NCBI GenBank assembly: GCA_963745075.1
Contig: CAVUWV010000001.1
Location: 1-64,000 of the forward strand
Direction: 5' to 3'
Length of the DNA stretch: 64,000 nt
DNA from: Candidatus Hydrogenedentota bacterium
GTDB taxonomy: Bacteria; Hydrogenedentota; Hydrogenedentia; Hydrogenedentales; SLHB01
The notes beneath the pieces are model-generated. The model did no database searches. It was not told the origin of the DNA and saw only the letters and a program-made list of their open reading frames with translations. The position numbers and the translations under genes were made by a program. Of the stretch, positions 42,874-53,005 are shown in pieces (positions within the stretch are counted from its first letter, which is position 1; every line of letters starts with the position of its first letter).

Positions 42874-44809
42874 TCACTTGTTCCCTTTCTTGTTCTTCTT
42901 GTCTTCTGTGCCGCGCGCGTGTTCGGGTTTGTCTTCTCGGTTCTTGGTGTTATTCCGAGACGGTTGTACTTCGGGTTTCTGGCTCTGCGCAGTCGGCTCC
43001 GCTGTCGGCACGTCGGGCTCGGATACTTCGCGTTTGGCTTCTTCAGTTCTTGATGTACTCTGAACATGTTGAGACTTCGGCGGCAGGGCTTCCGATCTAT
43101 TCGTCTCCTTGCGTGGCTTTGGTGTCTCAACTACCCGCGAAGTCCGGGACCTGGAATCGGTTTCGGCCCTAGTCTTTACCGGGGTACTTTCCAGTTTCGT
43201 TGGCTCTGCTTTCGGCGCCTGGGTCTGTGGTGTCGATTCCCGTCTTGTTGCCTCTGGCTTGGGCTCGGCTCGTTGTGGTTTCTCGTTCGCCGGCGCTGGC
43301 TTTGCGTCCGTCCTACCGGGGTAAGTCTGTACGTTTCGCTTCACTTTTTCCGGCTTCTTCTCGGACGCGCGGGTCTCTGCTTTCGCCGCAGTCTTCTGCG
43401 CCTTCACGCGCGGATCTTTGCCTTCTACTGATCGCGGTTTCGGCGCGACTGGCAAGGGTGGTGGAATCTTTGCGCCTTCCACGTTTTCTGTCGGTCTCGC
43501 CGCGACGGGAGACGCTGGGAAGTGCATTTTGACCGGCTGCGCGGTTTTGCGGTCCCCTGTCGATTTTCCGGCAGCCCTCGGCGGCGACTCCTTTATTGCG
43601 CGTTCGAATTGGAGATTACGGACCTCTCGTCCCCGCGTTTCGATGCGCTTGCGCTCGTCCATGTTTACCGGCGTGAAGCGCAGAGGCTGCGTCTTGCTTT
43701 GTACCGCCTCGGTGAGACTTCTGCCGACGATCAGGTTCTCTGGAACGCCCGCTTTCCGCGTGTTGATGAAGTTCACCTGAAGGGCCAGTGTCTGGGGTGG
43801 ACGTGCGTCCACATGGTCTCGGCGATACCGGTACTGTTCGCCCATGTGATTGTCCCAGTCCGGGTCGTGCCGCAATTGCGTGGAACGATACTGCGCGTAC
43901 ATGGGATCGTCGCCATATCGCCTGGCCTGCTGCGAGTGCCACGGATAGATGCCCCGTTGCTCGTAGCGCGCGTCATAGTAGTCGCCGTAGTAATAGTGAT
44001 TCGATTGCGGCTGCACGAAAAGAGCTCGCAGCAATCGCAACGAGGTCTATCAAGATGTTGGGTGAGTATGAGTAGTTGGGACGCGAGTAGACTGGCTGCT
44101 CGTAGTAGACCGGCGCGAACATCACGCCGCGATGGACAATATCGTGGTCCCAGTATCCAGGCACATAAACGTAACCTTGTGGCGTCCACGTATAACGTGC
44201 GGGAGACCATACCCAGTCGGGCTGTTGCACCACCCAATATCCGGGTTGCCAGTCATAGCGGGATTGTTGCCAGACCCAGCACCCCGACGACCAGACGCCG
44301 TCAGGTCCCGGCGCGGGAGAACTGGGACCGGCTTCAAGCGATCTCGGCGGGCGTGGCAGGTAGTTTACTTCGTTTTGAGCCACGTCTCCCCAGAACCCCG
44401 AGATCCATTGCGAGCCGCCCGTTACAGGCGCCCAGTATCCGGGAACCCACTGGCGTCCCGGCGGGAGATCACGCCAGACCCCACTCAGCCAGATGAAATC
44501 GCTCCGATCGTCATCCCAACTCCAGTAGCCGGGAATCCACGCGACATCGTTGCCTTCAGGCCGCTGATCGGGAGGCAACTCGATAATGGGGTCATACGGG
44601 GTCCTTGGTACTACTACCCCAGCCGTGGCACCGGTCATAGACGCCTCCGCGAAGGCCTCGTGAATAGGCCCGCGCGTCAGCACCTGCACGCCGGCCTCGG
44701 TTGTGCCCTGGCCTTGGGCGGCCGTAGCCGCTCCCAGCACCACGAGAGGTAGGACCCATATCCAAACTATGGGTGCAATTACCGCCCGCTTAATACAGTC
44801 TATTCTCAT
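42874..44809 (-). CDS. YXWGXW-repeat protein with long charged C-terminal tail; frameshift near 44030
   Basis: VLTRGPIHEAFA, WIPGYWSW, WVPGYW and YVPGYWD; continues LFVQP..HYYYGDYY in the next frame. Confidence 0.8.
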
Positions 44810-44872
44810 GATCCGTTCTCCTGACGATTTCCTGTCGGTTTGGTGCAAATTGTGAAAGCAAGAAGAGCAACG

Positions 44873-45019
44873 TTACTTCTGGGCGCCCTCGGCCGCGTTT
44901 TCAATGCTCTTGCCGCCTTCTTGAATGTCTTTTCCCGCACCCCGGAAGGTGTTGCATCCGAGCGCACCGGCGCTCATGAGCGTGCCAACCACCAATGCAA
45001 TAATTAGTCTCTTAAACAC
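44873..45019 (-). CDS. Entericidin EcnA/B-family lipoprotein
   Basis: MFKRLIIALVVGTLMSAGALGCNTFRGAGKDIQEGGKSIENAAEGAQK (GTG start; absent from the ORF track). Confidence 0.85.
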   Translation of the reverse strand: MFKRLIIALVVGTLMSAGALGCNTFRGAGKDIQEGGKSIENAAEGAQK

Positions 45020-45129
45020 GATCGTTTCCCTCTCATTGTGAGCCTTAGGGCCTTAAGGTCTGTTTGTGGTCCGGCGTCCGGCCTCCAACGCGGCCATGAC
45101 CCAGTCGTCGCTTTCTTCTGGCCTTTGGT

Positions 45130-45582
45130 TTAGACGGACGTTCGGTTATGTGTCATCCAGTACTGACCGATGGTTTCCACAACGGTCTGAAAGTCAGAAA
45201 AACTCAGCGGCTTTATGATGTAGCTGTTTGCTCCGCAACGATAGCTCTCTTTGATGTCGCCGGCGGATTGCGAATCCGTGAATACGACCACAGGCGTGAC
45301 CGTAAGGGCGTCTTCCCGCTCGATGGACCGTATTTGGCCGAGTACCGAGAACCCGTCCGATTCCGGCAGCGCCAGGTCCAGCAGGATCAGTCTGGGAGGA
45401 TCTTCCCCGGCACGATCTGCCCATGCGCCGCGACTAAAGAGAAAGTCGAGCGCCTCTGGCCCGTCCCGAACGGACGTGACGACCACATCGGGTATGGACT
45501 CTTGCAGCGTAAGTACGATGGATGCCCGTTGGCTCTCATTATCTTCCACGACCAGGATGTCTACTGGATCACGATTCTTCAC
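45130..45582 (-). CDS. Single-domain response regulator (Rcp1-like)
   Basis: VVEDN, LILLDLALP, GANSYIIKP and YW tail. Confidence 0.9.
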   Translation of the reverse strand: MKNRDPVDILVVEDNESQRASIVLTLQESIPDVVVTSVRDGPEALDFLFSRGAWADRAGEDPPRLILLDLALPESDGFSVLGQIRSIEREDALTVTPVVVFTDSQSAGDIKESYRCGANSYIIKPLSFSDFQTVVETIGQYWMTHNRTSV

Positions 45583-45643
45583 GGTGGTAACCCCACTCGC
45601 GCAGGTGCGCTATTGGCAGCATTCTTGTATGTCTTCGTACTAA

Positions 45644-45697
45644 AGGGTACCTGTCCGTGATGAACTTCTGGCAAACCTGCGGCAAAGGTTTGGTAAT
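45644..45697 (-). promoter_or_regulatory. 4x11-bp box promoter (copy 5), head of the 45.6-38 kb gene run
   Basis: ATTACC-TTTGCC-TTTGCC-TTCATC, 9 nt, TACCCT. Confidence 0.75.
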
Positions 45698-45895
45698 CAA
45701 CTTACGGTGTGAGAGGTTCTTCCGCCACAGACGCCGAAGGCCATTTCCGGCGCCACGGTGAGCGCTCAGAGCGACTTGGTACCGGCGGCACACGGGTGCC
45801 CCAGCCAATGGCACTCGCGACGGGCACGCACGCCTGTACTCGAGCTAAAAGCGCGCTTTTTCAACGTAAGTTGCAGGGTTCGTGTGAAGACCGTA

Positions 45896-45949
45896 TTTAC
45901 CGAAACTTTACACAGTTTTTGCCTACGCTTTGCTCGGGGACGGTAATGT
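45896..45949 (+). promoter_or_regulatory. 4x11-bp box promoter (copy 6), no obvious downstream CDS
   Basis: TTTACC-TTTACA-TTTGCC-TTTGCT, 9 nt, TAATGT. Confidence 0.75.
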
Positions 45950-46633
45950 ACATGTATTGCACGAGGCGCTGTGGATGAGAATTCTCAGTCTTCAATCTTT
46001 TCGTGAAGGTGCGTGATCATGTGGTGGCTTGGCGTTGGTGCTCGTTACCACTCGTTTCCTCGGGGCGCGGCCGCCGCGGTTTTGAGAGCGGCGCGGCAAC
46101 CAACTCGACTGGAGTTTTGACACGCGTGAAAGCCGAAGAAGACGCCGATTACAGAAGGATTACACAAAACTACACTTCTCCAGTTCAGACCCCATAGCTC
46201 CCGCGCGACCTAACTCACACCCCGCAATCGCGCCGGAGCCCATTTTTATGGCGCAATGAAGAATTCGTACGACGTGCGACTTTATGGCGTGGTCCGCCTG
46301 TCCGGACGGCCAGTGACGGGGTATTTACGGGTTGCGGACGTAGAGCGCGTAACGGTGGCCCGAGAACCATCGCGAGACGTGCTCGGTGGCCACGAGGCGA
46401 AGACCGTGGGTGCGCATGCCAGCCGATAACTCGCCTATGGTCTGCGCAGGCAGATAATGTTTACCGCGCAACGGGCGCACCCACCGGCGCCAGAGGGTCC
46501 CCGGAACCCAGCCATCGTGAAAGGGGAGGATCACCCACCGGCGGACCAGTCGGCCGAGGTCTTGTCAGTACTCCTCGAGCACGCGAGCGTCATGGAAACG
46601 TTTTGATCCGTCAGAGAAAACGTTCTCGTTTCC

Positions 46634-46675
46634 CTCATAACCCAAAGGTCGCAGGTTCGAATCCTGCCCCCGCCA
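46634..46675 (+). mobile_element. 3' half of tRNA-fMet (att-site-like remnant)
   Basis: CTCATAACCCAAAGGTCGCAGGTTCGAATCCTGCCCCCGCCA covers the anticodon loop, T-arm and acceptor 3' strand. There is no 5' half. Confidence 0.75.
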
Positions 46676-46702
46676 GGTTGCTCTTTGGCCACAATCTTGC
46701 CT

Positions 46703-47584
46703 TCAGAGCTGTCTGCGGATCGATTTCAATTCCCGCCGACGTTTAGCGGTCGTCTTGGGATATGCCATTTTAAGTTCATTGAGCGCATCAAGGACAATCT
46801 GGGAAATGATTAACCGGGCATTCTCCTTATCATCGGCAGGAACGACGTACCAGGGCGCGTGATGGGTGCTCGTCGCGCTGAGGCAGGCCTCGTAAGCTCT
46901 CATGTAGTCCCCCCAGTAGCTCCTCTCGTGAATGTCGGAGAGACTGAATTTCCAGTTCTTGTCCGGCTCATCAATGCGATCGAGGAAGCGCTTTCGCTGT
47001 TCGTCCTTCGACAGGTGGAGAAAGACCTTGATGGTCCGGGTACCATTACGGTGGAGATGCTCTTCGAGGTCGACAATGGAGCGATACCGCTCCTCCCAGA
47101 TGGTCTTCTCGTCGAGCAACTCATCCGGAAGCCCTTGGCCGCGCAGAATCTCCGGATGCACGCGGACGACGAGCACCTCTTCGTAGTAGGAACGATTGAA
47201 GATGCCGATCCTCCCGCGCTCCGGCAGATGACGGGTCGCGCGCCAGAGGAAATCATGTTGGAGTTCCTCGGCGCTCGGCTGTTTGAAACTGAAAGCCTGG
47301 CAACCCTGCGGATTAACCCCGGACATGACGTGCCGGATGGCGCCGTCCTTGCCGGCGGCGTCCATGCCCTGAAAGATCAGCAGCAATGCATAGCGGTTGG
47401 ACGCGTAATGCAGGCGTTGAAGTGAACTCAACTCTTCAACGTGTTCCCCCAAGAGTTGCTTATACCGCTTCTTCGACTTGCAGAAGGGCTTCACAATCGT
47501 CGGCCACTCTTCGAGATTGACCTCTTTTCCGGGCTGAACGCGGAAATCCTTTGACTTGATCTTCATCTTCATCCTTTCGGCCAT
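46703..47584 (-). CDS. ppk2: Polyphosphate kinase 2 family
   Basis: [24 protein letters not shown] and KNWKF motifs. Confidence 0.95.
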   Translation of the reverse strand: MAERMKMKIKSKDFRVQPGKEVNLEEWPTIVKPFCKSKKRYKQLLGEHVEELSSLQRLHYASNRYALLLIFQGMDAAGKDGAIRHVMSGVNPQGCQAFSFKQPSAEELQHDFLWRATRHLPERGRIGIFNRSYYEEVLVVRVHPEILRGQGLPDELLDEKTIWEERYRSIVDLEEHLHRNGTRTIKVFLHLSKDEQRKRFLDRIDEPDKNWKFSLSDIHERSYWGDYMRAYEACLSATSTHHAPWYVVPADDKENARLIISQIVLDALNELKMAYPKTTAKRRRELKSIRRQL

Positions 47585-47608
47585 GTCAGCCGCGTTGTGC
47601 GGGTCTGT

Positions 47609-50224
47609 CTATTCGTGAAGTTTGGGCTCGGCTTTGGCTTCATCTTTCCGAATCTCGCGCTCCGCCTTCTCCCAGTCCTGAGCGGCTCCACCGTCCTGAC
47701 GGCCTCGCTGCTCGTATAATTCATATGCCCGTGTGGCGATCTGCGGCGTCTGATCGACAGGTTTCTTGGCCAATAGGGGCTCGGCAATGGGATCGAACAC
47801 CCGATACGCGAGAAGTTTTGCGCGGTCGCTCACGAGGAACCACACGAGTGCATAACCCCAGACGAACAGTGCCCAGCCCCAGCCGAGGGGAGTCATGAAT
47901 AGCCCGTAAACTGCGATCAACGTCGCCACGATCTGCGTGCCCAGGACGGCCGCCCATAAAACCCGCGCAGGACGGATGGACCAGAACGGGCCGCGTGTGC
48001 GGGTCAAGAAGATCGTTAGATGTCCGGCCACGGACAGCATCAGGTACATCAGTGTTTGAAGATGCGGACGGTCGAGGTGATAGACACGCTCGCCGAGGTA
48101 AAACAGCCCAAAGGCAGCCAAGGGTCCGATGACGCCCAGCACCGTGGCGATACCCAGCACCATCCGCATGTTCCATGACTCGGGCTTGTCCTTGTAATGA
48201 ACGTTGTCATATGCAATGGACAAGATCGCCCCGTCGTTGAGCAACGCCAGCATCACGATCATCACCGCCGTCAAGGGGTAGAAATTGAAGATCAGGATCG
48301 CCAGCGTCATGAACAACAACACGCGCAGTGTCTCGGCGATGCGGTAAATGGCGTAGCTGTTCATCCGCTGGAAGATTTTCCGGCTCTCCTTGATGGCGTC
48401 GATGATCACCGAAAGGCCGGACGTCATCAGCACGATGGACGCCGCCGCCCGTGCCGCGTCTGTCGCGCCCGAGACGGCAATGCCGCAGTCCGCCTTCTTC
48501 AACGCGGGAGCGTCATTCACCCCGTCGCCTGTCATCCCGACAATGTGCCCGCGCTGCTGCAAAACGTCCACGATGTGAAACTTGTGTTCCGGGAACACCT
48601 GCGCGAAACCGTCTGCGTCATCGATCGACTGCGCCAACTGCGCCGTCTCATGGTGCTTGGTGTCGCCGAAGCCGCTGGCATCGAGTATGTGCGTGCCCAA
48701 CCCCAATTTTCCGGCGGTTTCCCTGGCAATAGCCAGCGCATCGCCCGTTACCATCTTCACCTTTATCCCCATCTGTCGTGCGGTCGCAATGGTCGCTTTG
48801 GCTTCTTCCCGAGGCGGGTCGAACAAGGGCAACACACCGACGAACTCCCATGGGCCGTTTCCATCGGCGCGCGCCACGCCCAGTGAGCGGAAACCGCGCG
48901 CTGCAAATTCGTTGACCGCCTTCTCGACCGCGGGCTTGACCTGCCCGGCATTGGCCGATAATTCCAGTATCACCTGCGGCGCACCCTTGGTCGCTTTAGA
49001 TTCCTTCCCATCCGCGCCCTTGACCGTAGCTTCGGTTCGCTTATGCACCGGGTCGAACGGCTGGAAATGGACTACCTGGTAGCCCTTCAGAGTCTGCTCA
49101 TCTTTCAGGCCGCTCAACACGGCCAGATCGATGGTGTCCATATTGTCTGCACGCGACGCCAGCGCAGCATTAAGGATCACTTGATCGGCGGGGATGTTGT
49201 TGACGCTGAACGGATCGCCGAGCGTCAGCTTGTTCTGGGTCAGGGTGCCGGTCTTGTCCGAGCACAACACGTCCACGCCCGCCAGTTCCTCGATGGCGGC
49301 CAACCGGGTCACGATCGCCTCCTTCTTGGCCAACAGGCGCGCGCCGACGGCCATCGTCACCGACAACACCGTGGGCATCGCCACGGGAATCGCGGCCACG
49401 GTCAACACCAGGGCGAATTGCAGCGTGGTGAGGATAGGGTCGCCGCGAAAGAGTGCGACGATGATAATCACCGTCACCAGTGTTGCCGCGAGCAGGATAA
49501 GGTAATTGCCGATCTTCAACACCGCGCGTTGAAAATGGCTGGCTGTCTGCGCCCCTTGCACGAGTTCCGCCGTCTTGCCGAAATAGGTGTTCTGGCCTGT
49601 GGCGTACACGAGCGCATCGATTTCGCCAGTACGGATGATCGATCCCGAGAACACCGCGTCACCGGATTTGTGCGCAATTGGTAACGACTCGCCTGTCAGC
49701 GCGGACTGGTCCACCTCTATCGGGTCCCCTTCCAGCAAACGCGCATCCGCCGGCACGATGTCACCCAGGCGCAGATGGATGACGTCGCCCGGAACCAGTT
49801 CACACGCCGCCGGGTTGACCCACTTTCCATCGCGCTTCACCTGGGCCTTGATCGCCAGCTTGGCTTTCAGCGCCGCAATAGCGTTGCCCGCCTGATGCTC
49901 CTCCCAGAATCCGACCACGGCATTGGCCAATAGCAGCAGGAGGATGATAGAAAAATCCGGCCAATGTTGAGCTGCCGCCGAAAGGATCACGGCCGCTTCG
50001 ATCATCCATGGGATGGGACCCCAGAAATAGGTGAGGAACTTCAGGAACGGATTGGTCTTCTTTTCCTCAAGCTCGTTCGGTCCGTAGTGAGCCAACCGCT
50101 TCTGCGCCTCGGCTTGACTCAGGCCGTCCGGCGAAAACCCTAATTTCTTTTCCACTTCCGCCAGAGGAAGGGACTTCAAGTCATCTTTCGCATCGGGCGT
50201 TGATTTGGGATCATTGGATTTCAT
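47609..50224 (-). CDS. Plasma-membrane-type proton-efflux P-type ATPase (P3A) with C-terminal DUF2934-like tail
   Basis: TGES, IPVAMPTV, CSDKTGTLT, KGAP, TGDGVND and LNDG motifs; tail IATRAYELYEQRG..DWEKAERE. Confidence 0.95.
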   Translation of the reverse strand: MKSNDPKSTPDAKDDLKSLPLAEVEKKLGFSPDGLSQAEAQKRLAHYGPNELEEKKTNPFLKFLTYFWGPIPWMIEAAVILSAAAQHWPDFSIILLLLLANAVVGFWEEHQAGNAIAALKAKLAIKAQVKRDGKWVNPAACELVPGDVIHLRLGDIVPADARLLEGDPIEVDQSALTGESLPIAHKSGDAVFSGSIIRTGEIDALVYATGQNTYFGKTAELVQGAQTASHFQRAVLKIGNYLILLAATLVTVIIIVALFRGDPILTTLQFALVLTVAAIPVAMPTVLSVTMAVGARLLAKKEAIVTRLAAIEELAGVDVLCSDKTGTLTQNKLTLGDPFSVNNIPADQVILNAALASRADNMDTIDLAVLSGLKDEQTLKGYQVVHFQPFDPVHKRTEATVKGADGKESKATKGAPQVILELSANAGQVKPAVEKAVNEFAARGFRSLGVARADGNGPWEFVGVLPLFDPPREEAKATIATARQMGIKVKMVTGDALAIARETAGKLGLGTHILDASGFGDTKHHETAQLAQSIDDADGFAQVFPEHKFHIVDVLQQRGHIVGMTGDGVNDAPALKKADCGIAVSGATDAARAAASIVLMTSGLSVIIDAIKESRKIFQRMNSYAIYRIAETLRVLLFMTLAILIFNFYPLTAVMIVMLALLNDGAILSIAYDNVHYKDKPESWNMRMVLGIATVLGVIGPLAAFGLFYLGERVYHLDRPHLQTLMYLMLSVAGHLTIFLTRTRGPFWSIRPARVLWAAVLGTQIVATLIAVYGLFMTPLGWGWALFVWGYALVWFLVSDRAKLLAYRVFDPIAEPLLAKKPVDQTPQIATRAYELYEQRGRQDGGAAQDWEKAEREIRKDEAKAEPKLHE

Positions 50225-50242
50225 AATGGCATTCTCCTGTGC

Positions 50243-51358
50243 TTACGAAGTCTTTGCCTCCGGCGGGTGGGCGACTGCTCCCGGCGGCAAGGTAGCGGGC
50301 AGGTCAAGACGTGCCACGCCAATCCGGTCGTCCGCCATCCCATAGTAGACGTCGAAGCGATCCGGTGCTCCAAGATCATCGCGCCGGTCGATGCCGGTGG
50401 GAAAGACGACGTTAGCAATAGTCCCGCGGCGTTCTTGCGCTAGCTCCGGCGTCAGCACCGGTTCCGGCGAGCGATAGCGTATCACGCGCGGATGCTCCTT
50501 CGACAGCACCATCACTCCGGCCGAGTAACACAACTGATGTCCGTCGTTGCTCGACTCCGCCATTTCGCTCACGCCGTGATAAACAATCAGCCAGCCGTGC
50601 CGGGTTAGGGCGGGCGGAGTGCCGCCGCCGATCTTGAGCCGCTCCCAGGGTGACACCGGAGTCGCGAGACGGTGATGCGAATTGAACAGGCCGAAGTGCG
50701 GTGGTTCGACGCCATCCGAGACCGTCGGACAATAGGAAATCCAGATGCTTTCGCGATCGAGATCCACCAACCGCGTCCCAGACTGACGGACGGTTTCCTC
50801 GGGGCGAGTACCGGAGAAGAGGGGCCGGTGCAGGAGCGCCAGTTGCATTTTCCCGGCGTGATTCGGAATCGCGATGGGGAAGAGACTGGCATCCTTGTTG
50901 TCTACATGAACGAAGTCAACGCCGAGATACGGATCGAAAGTCGCGAGGCCCAGTCGCTTCCAGCGAAACAAGTCCTCCGATACCGCCAGGGCGATCCGTG
51001 GGCCTATGGACGATAGTGCCGTATACGTCATCACAAAACGCTGGAGCGGTTCCACGAATGTGATTCGAGGATCCTCGCAGCCACCGCCGCCGTCGGGCAG
51101 GCGCTCGTACTCGACTTCCGGCTCGAGTGCAATACCCAGTCGGTCGACGCCAGACGGATCGCCGGCCTCATCAAACCGTACCCTGGCAATGCCAATGCGA
51201 GAATAGTTGCCCCGTGCAACGAGCCTTGGAAACAAGTAGAGCTCACCGTCGGGACCACGAGCGGCGGCGGGATTCAGGACGCCTTCGACTTCCTGCGGAT
51301 TACCCGCCTCTGGCTCCATCACCATTCCCAGGCGCTGCAACTTAAACCGGCTCATCAC
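50243..51358 (-). CDS. GH130-family glycosidase/phosphorylase
   Basis: VLNPAA, CEDPRI, NKDA, KIGGG and YYGMAD motifs. Confidence 0.9.
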   Translation of the reverse strand: MMSRFKLQRLGMVMEPEAGNPQEVEGVLNPAAARGPDGELYLFPRLVARGNYSRIGIARVRFDEAGDPSGVDRLGIALEPEVEYERLPDGGGGCEDPRITFVEPLQRFVMTYTALSSIGPRIALAVSEDLFRWKRLGLATFDPYLGVDFVHVDNKDASLFPIAIPNHAGKMQLALLHRPLFSGTRPEETVRQSGTRLVDLDRESIWISYCPTVSDGVEPPHFGLFNSHHRLATPVSPWERLKIGGGTPPALTRHGWLIVYHGVSEMAESSNDGHQLCYSAGVMVLSKEHPRVIRYRSPEPVLTPELAQERRGTIANVVFPTGIDRRDDLGAPDRFDVYYGMADDRIGVARLDLPATLPPGAVAHPPEAKTS

Positions 51359-51371
51359 ACCCTTCCATGAG

Positions 51372-52130
51372 TCATGCTCTCTGTTCGGCGCCTAAACAAG
51401 CGATGATTGCTTCGGTAACCCGTTTCGTCTCGCTGGGTCCTTGAACCGGGATTGAGTCCACACCCGCCTCTTCAGCCGGATAGTCATTTCCTCCCACAAA
51501 CAAGGCATCGCCTATGAAGATCATTTCCTTCAAGGAAATGCTCAAGATGTCTCGCAGCTTTCTGACTCCGTAGGCTTTGTCAATGCCGGGTTTTGTGACA
51601 TCAATGGAAGTTGCACCACCCACTCGGACGGAATACTCTGGGATTAGCGTGTCGAGGATTGCCTTGATCTTCTTCCGCTTGGCAAAGTCAGGATCCCATT
51701 TGTCTTTTTCCTCCAAGGGGGCCTGCTGGCCTAATGCGGAAAACGTTATCTGGCCTCCCCGATCCTCAATTTCCTCTCCCCAGACCTTTTCGACCTTGAA
51801 GCCCGATGTTCCGAGCGCCTTTTTTAGAGAACTGACGATCTTCTCCTTTTCAGCCGCGCTGAAATCCTCTGAATAGATCTTCTTCCAATCCCCCGCGTAT
51901 TGGTAGAACTTGGTTCCGGTGGTAGGAAGGAGAGACAGATTTGTCAGGCGACTGTCATGAGGAAGAACGGCGAGCACTTGTTTCTCAAACTGCGGCCAAT
52001 CGCCTCCGGAAATCACGGCCACTTTGACGATGCCGAGAAGGTCATGCAACAAGGCCGACATTTCAGCATCCAAAGACGATTTGCTTTCGGCGAGGGTGCC
52101 GTCCAGATCATAGACAATCAGCTTTTTCAT
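51372..52130 (-). CDS. HAD-IIB hydrolase (phosphomannomutase-like)
   Basis: DLDGTL, ISGG, GGATSID and GD..GGND motifs. Confidence 0.9.
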   Translation of the reverse strand: MKKLIVYDLDGTLAESKSSLDAEMSALLHDLLGIVKVAVISGGDWPQFEKQVLAVLPHDSRLTNLSLLPTTGTKFYQYAGDWKKIYSEDFSAAEKEKIVSSLKKALGTSGFKVEKVWGEEIEDRGGQITFSALGQQAPLEEKDKWDPDFAKRKKIKAILDTLIPEYSVRVGGATSIDVTKPGIDKAYGVRKLRDILSISLKEMIFIGDALFVGGNDYPAEEAGVDSIPVQGPSETKRVTEAIIACLGAEQRA

Positions 52131-52185
52131 TATCCTCTTGCCTATGCCTTCTGGCGATCTCGACTGGATCTTGCGGCCAAAGCCG

Positions 52186-52548
52186 CTAAGCTTCGTCCAG
52201 CCATTTCCGCGCCTCAGCGGCGTCGGCGTGATCGAAGTATCGGACCGACGCCGTCGTAAACGGCTTGCAAAACGTCGCCATGCCATGCTGCCACTTCGTT
52301 TCCCCGACCATCGCTATTCGCTCGATATCGGAGAAGTGTTTAGCGCCAAACTTCATGTCCTCCCACATCGCGCCGGCATCCCAACCGTGAAAGCCGGTCA
52401 TATCGAACAGCAGGAGCAGCTTTCCGTGTTGCTGGACGAGCCGGTCGAACTCGGGCACAAAGTGTTCGTAATCGGTCTTTGCCAATTTCCCGCTGACGTG
52501 AACAACGAGCAACTTCCCGCCGTCTTCTTCATTGAGTTGAATGGGCAT
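52186..52548 (-). CDS. STAS/SEC14 (SpoIIAA-like) protein
   Basis: GKL..DYE..FHGWD..AMWED.KF..RIAMVG..W..RYF..EARKWL. Confidence 0.88.
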   Translation of the reverse strand: MPIQLNEEDGGKLLVVHVSGKLAKTDYEHFVPEFDRLVQQHGKLLLLFDMTGFHGWDAGAMWEDMKFGAKHFSDIERIAMVGETKWQHGMATFCKPFTTASVRYFDHADAAEARKWLDEA

Positions 52549-52844
52549 TGCGATCTCCTGTTATCCGATTTGGGTTAGCACTAACCCGCCCCACGAATGC
52601 TTCGCGGATTCCGGTAAACTATTGCTCACTTCTTCTTTCCAGTGATTCCAATCACGGCGCGCTGCATGAGGCTTTCGAGAATCGCACATTCGACACGGTG
52701 AACCAGGACCTTATTCCGCCGTTTGCATTTATCGTAGTGGTAGCGGCTACCTTCTTCGGAGTGGCAGTGGGTCACGCGCTCAACTTTCATGCCATCTTCT
52801 AAGACGAGCTTGCGCTGCAACTCCTGACACGACGATCGATGGAA

Positions 52845-52890
52845 CGCGGGCCACGTGTCTGGTCGGCGTCGCCCAGACACGTGGCCCGCG
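52845..52890. repeat. Perfect 18-bp inverted repeat
   Basis: CGCGGGCCACGTGTCTGG-N10-CCAGACACGTGGCCCGCG. Confidence 0.85.
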
Positions 52891-53005
52891 ATGCTTTCAC
52901 GATTAAACTCCCAATCCTGCTGATAAAACGGATGGCAACTTCGCGAGAAGGGGACGATCGATTATCATCCGGGTTGCCTTGACGCCGATCGGTTGCCCTT
53001 ATCGT

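Noticed and set aside
38955..45019. Entericidins as a toxin-antitoxin pair
   Set aside because: The copies are kilobases apart and of the same type, not a tandem ecnA-ecnB arrangement.
46325..46534. 69-aa minus-strand ORF next to the tRNA remnant
   Set aside because: It may be a gene tail but no family can be supported from the sequence.
46600..46680. Functional tRNA-Met gene
   Set aside because: The acceptor 5' strand and D-arm are absent upstream of the anticodon loop.
52900..52960. Additional copy of the box promoter upstream of the SpoIIAA-like gene
   Set aside because: The hexamers are degenerate and not in 11-bp register.
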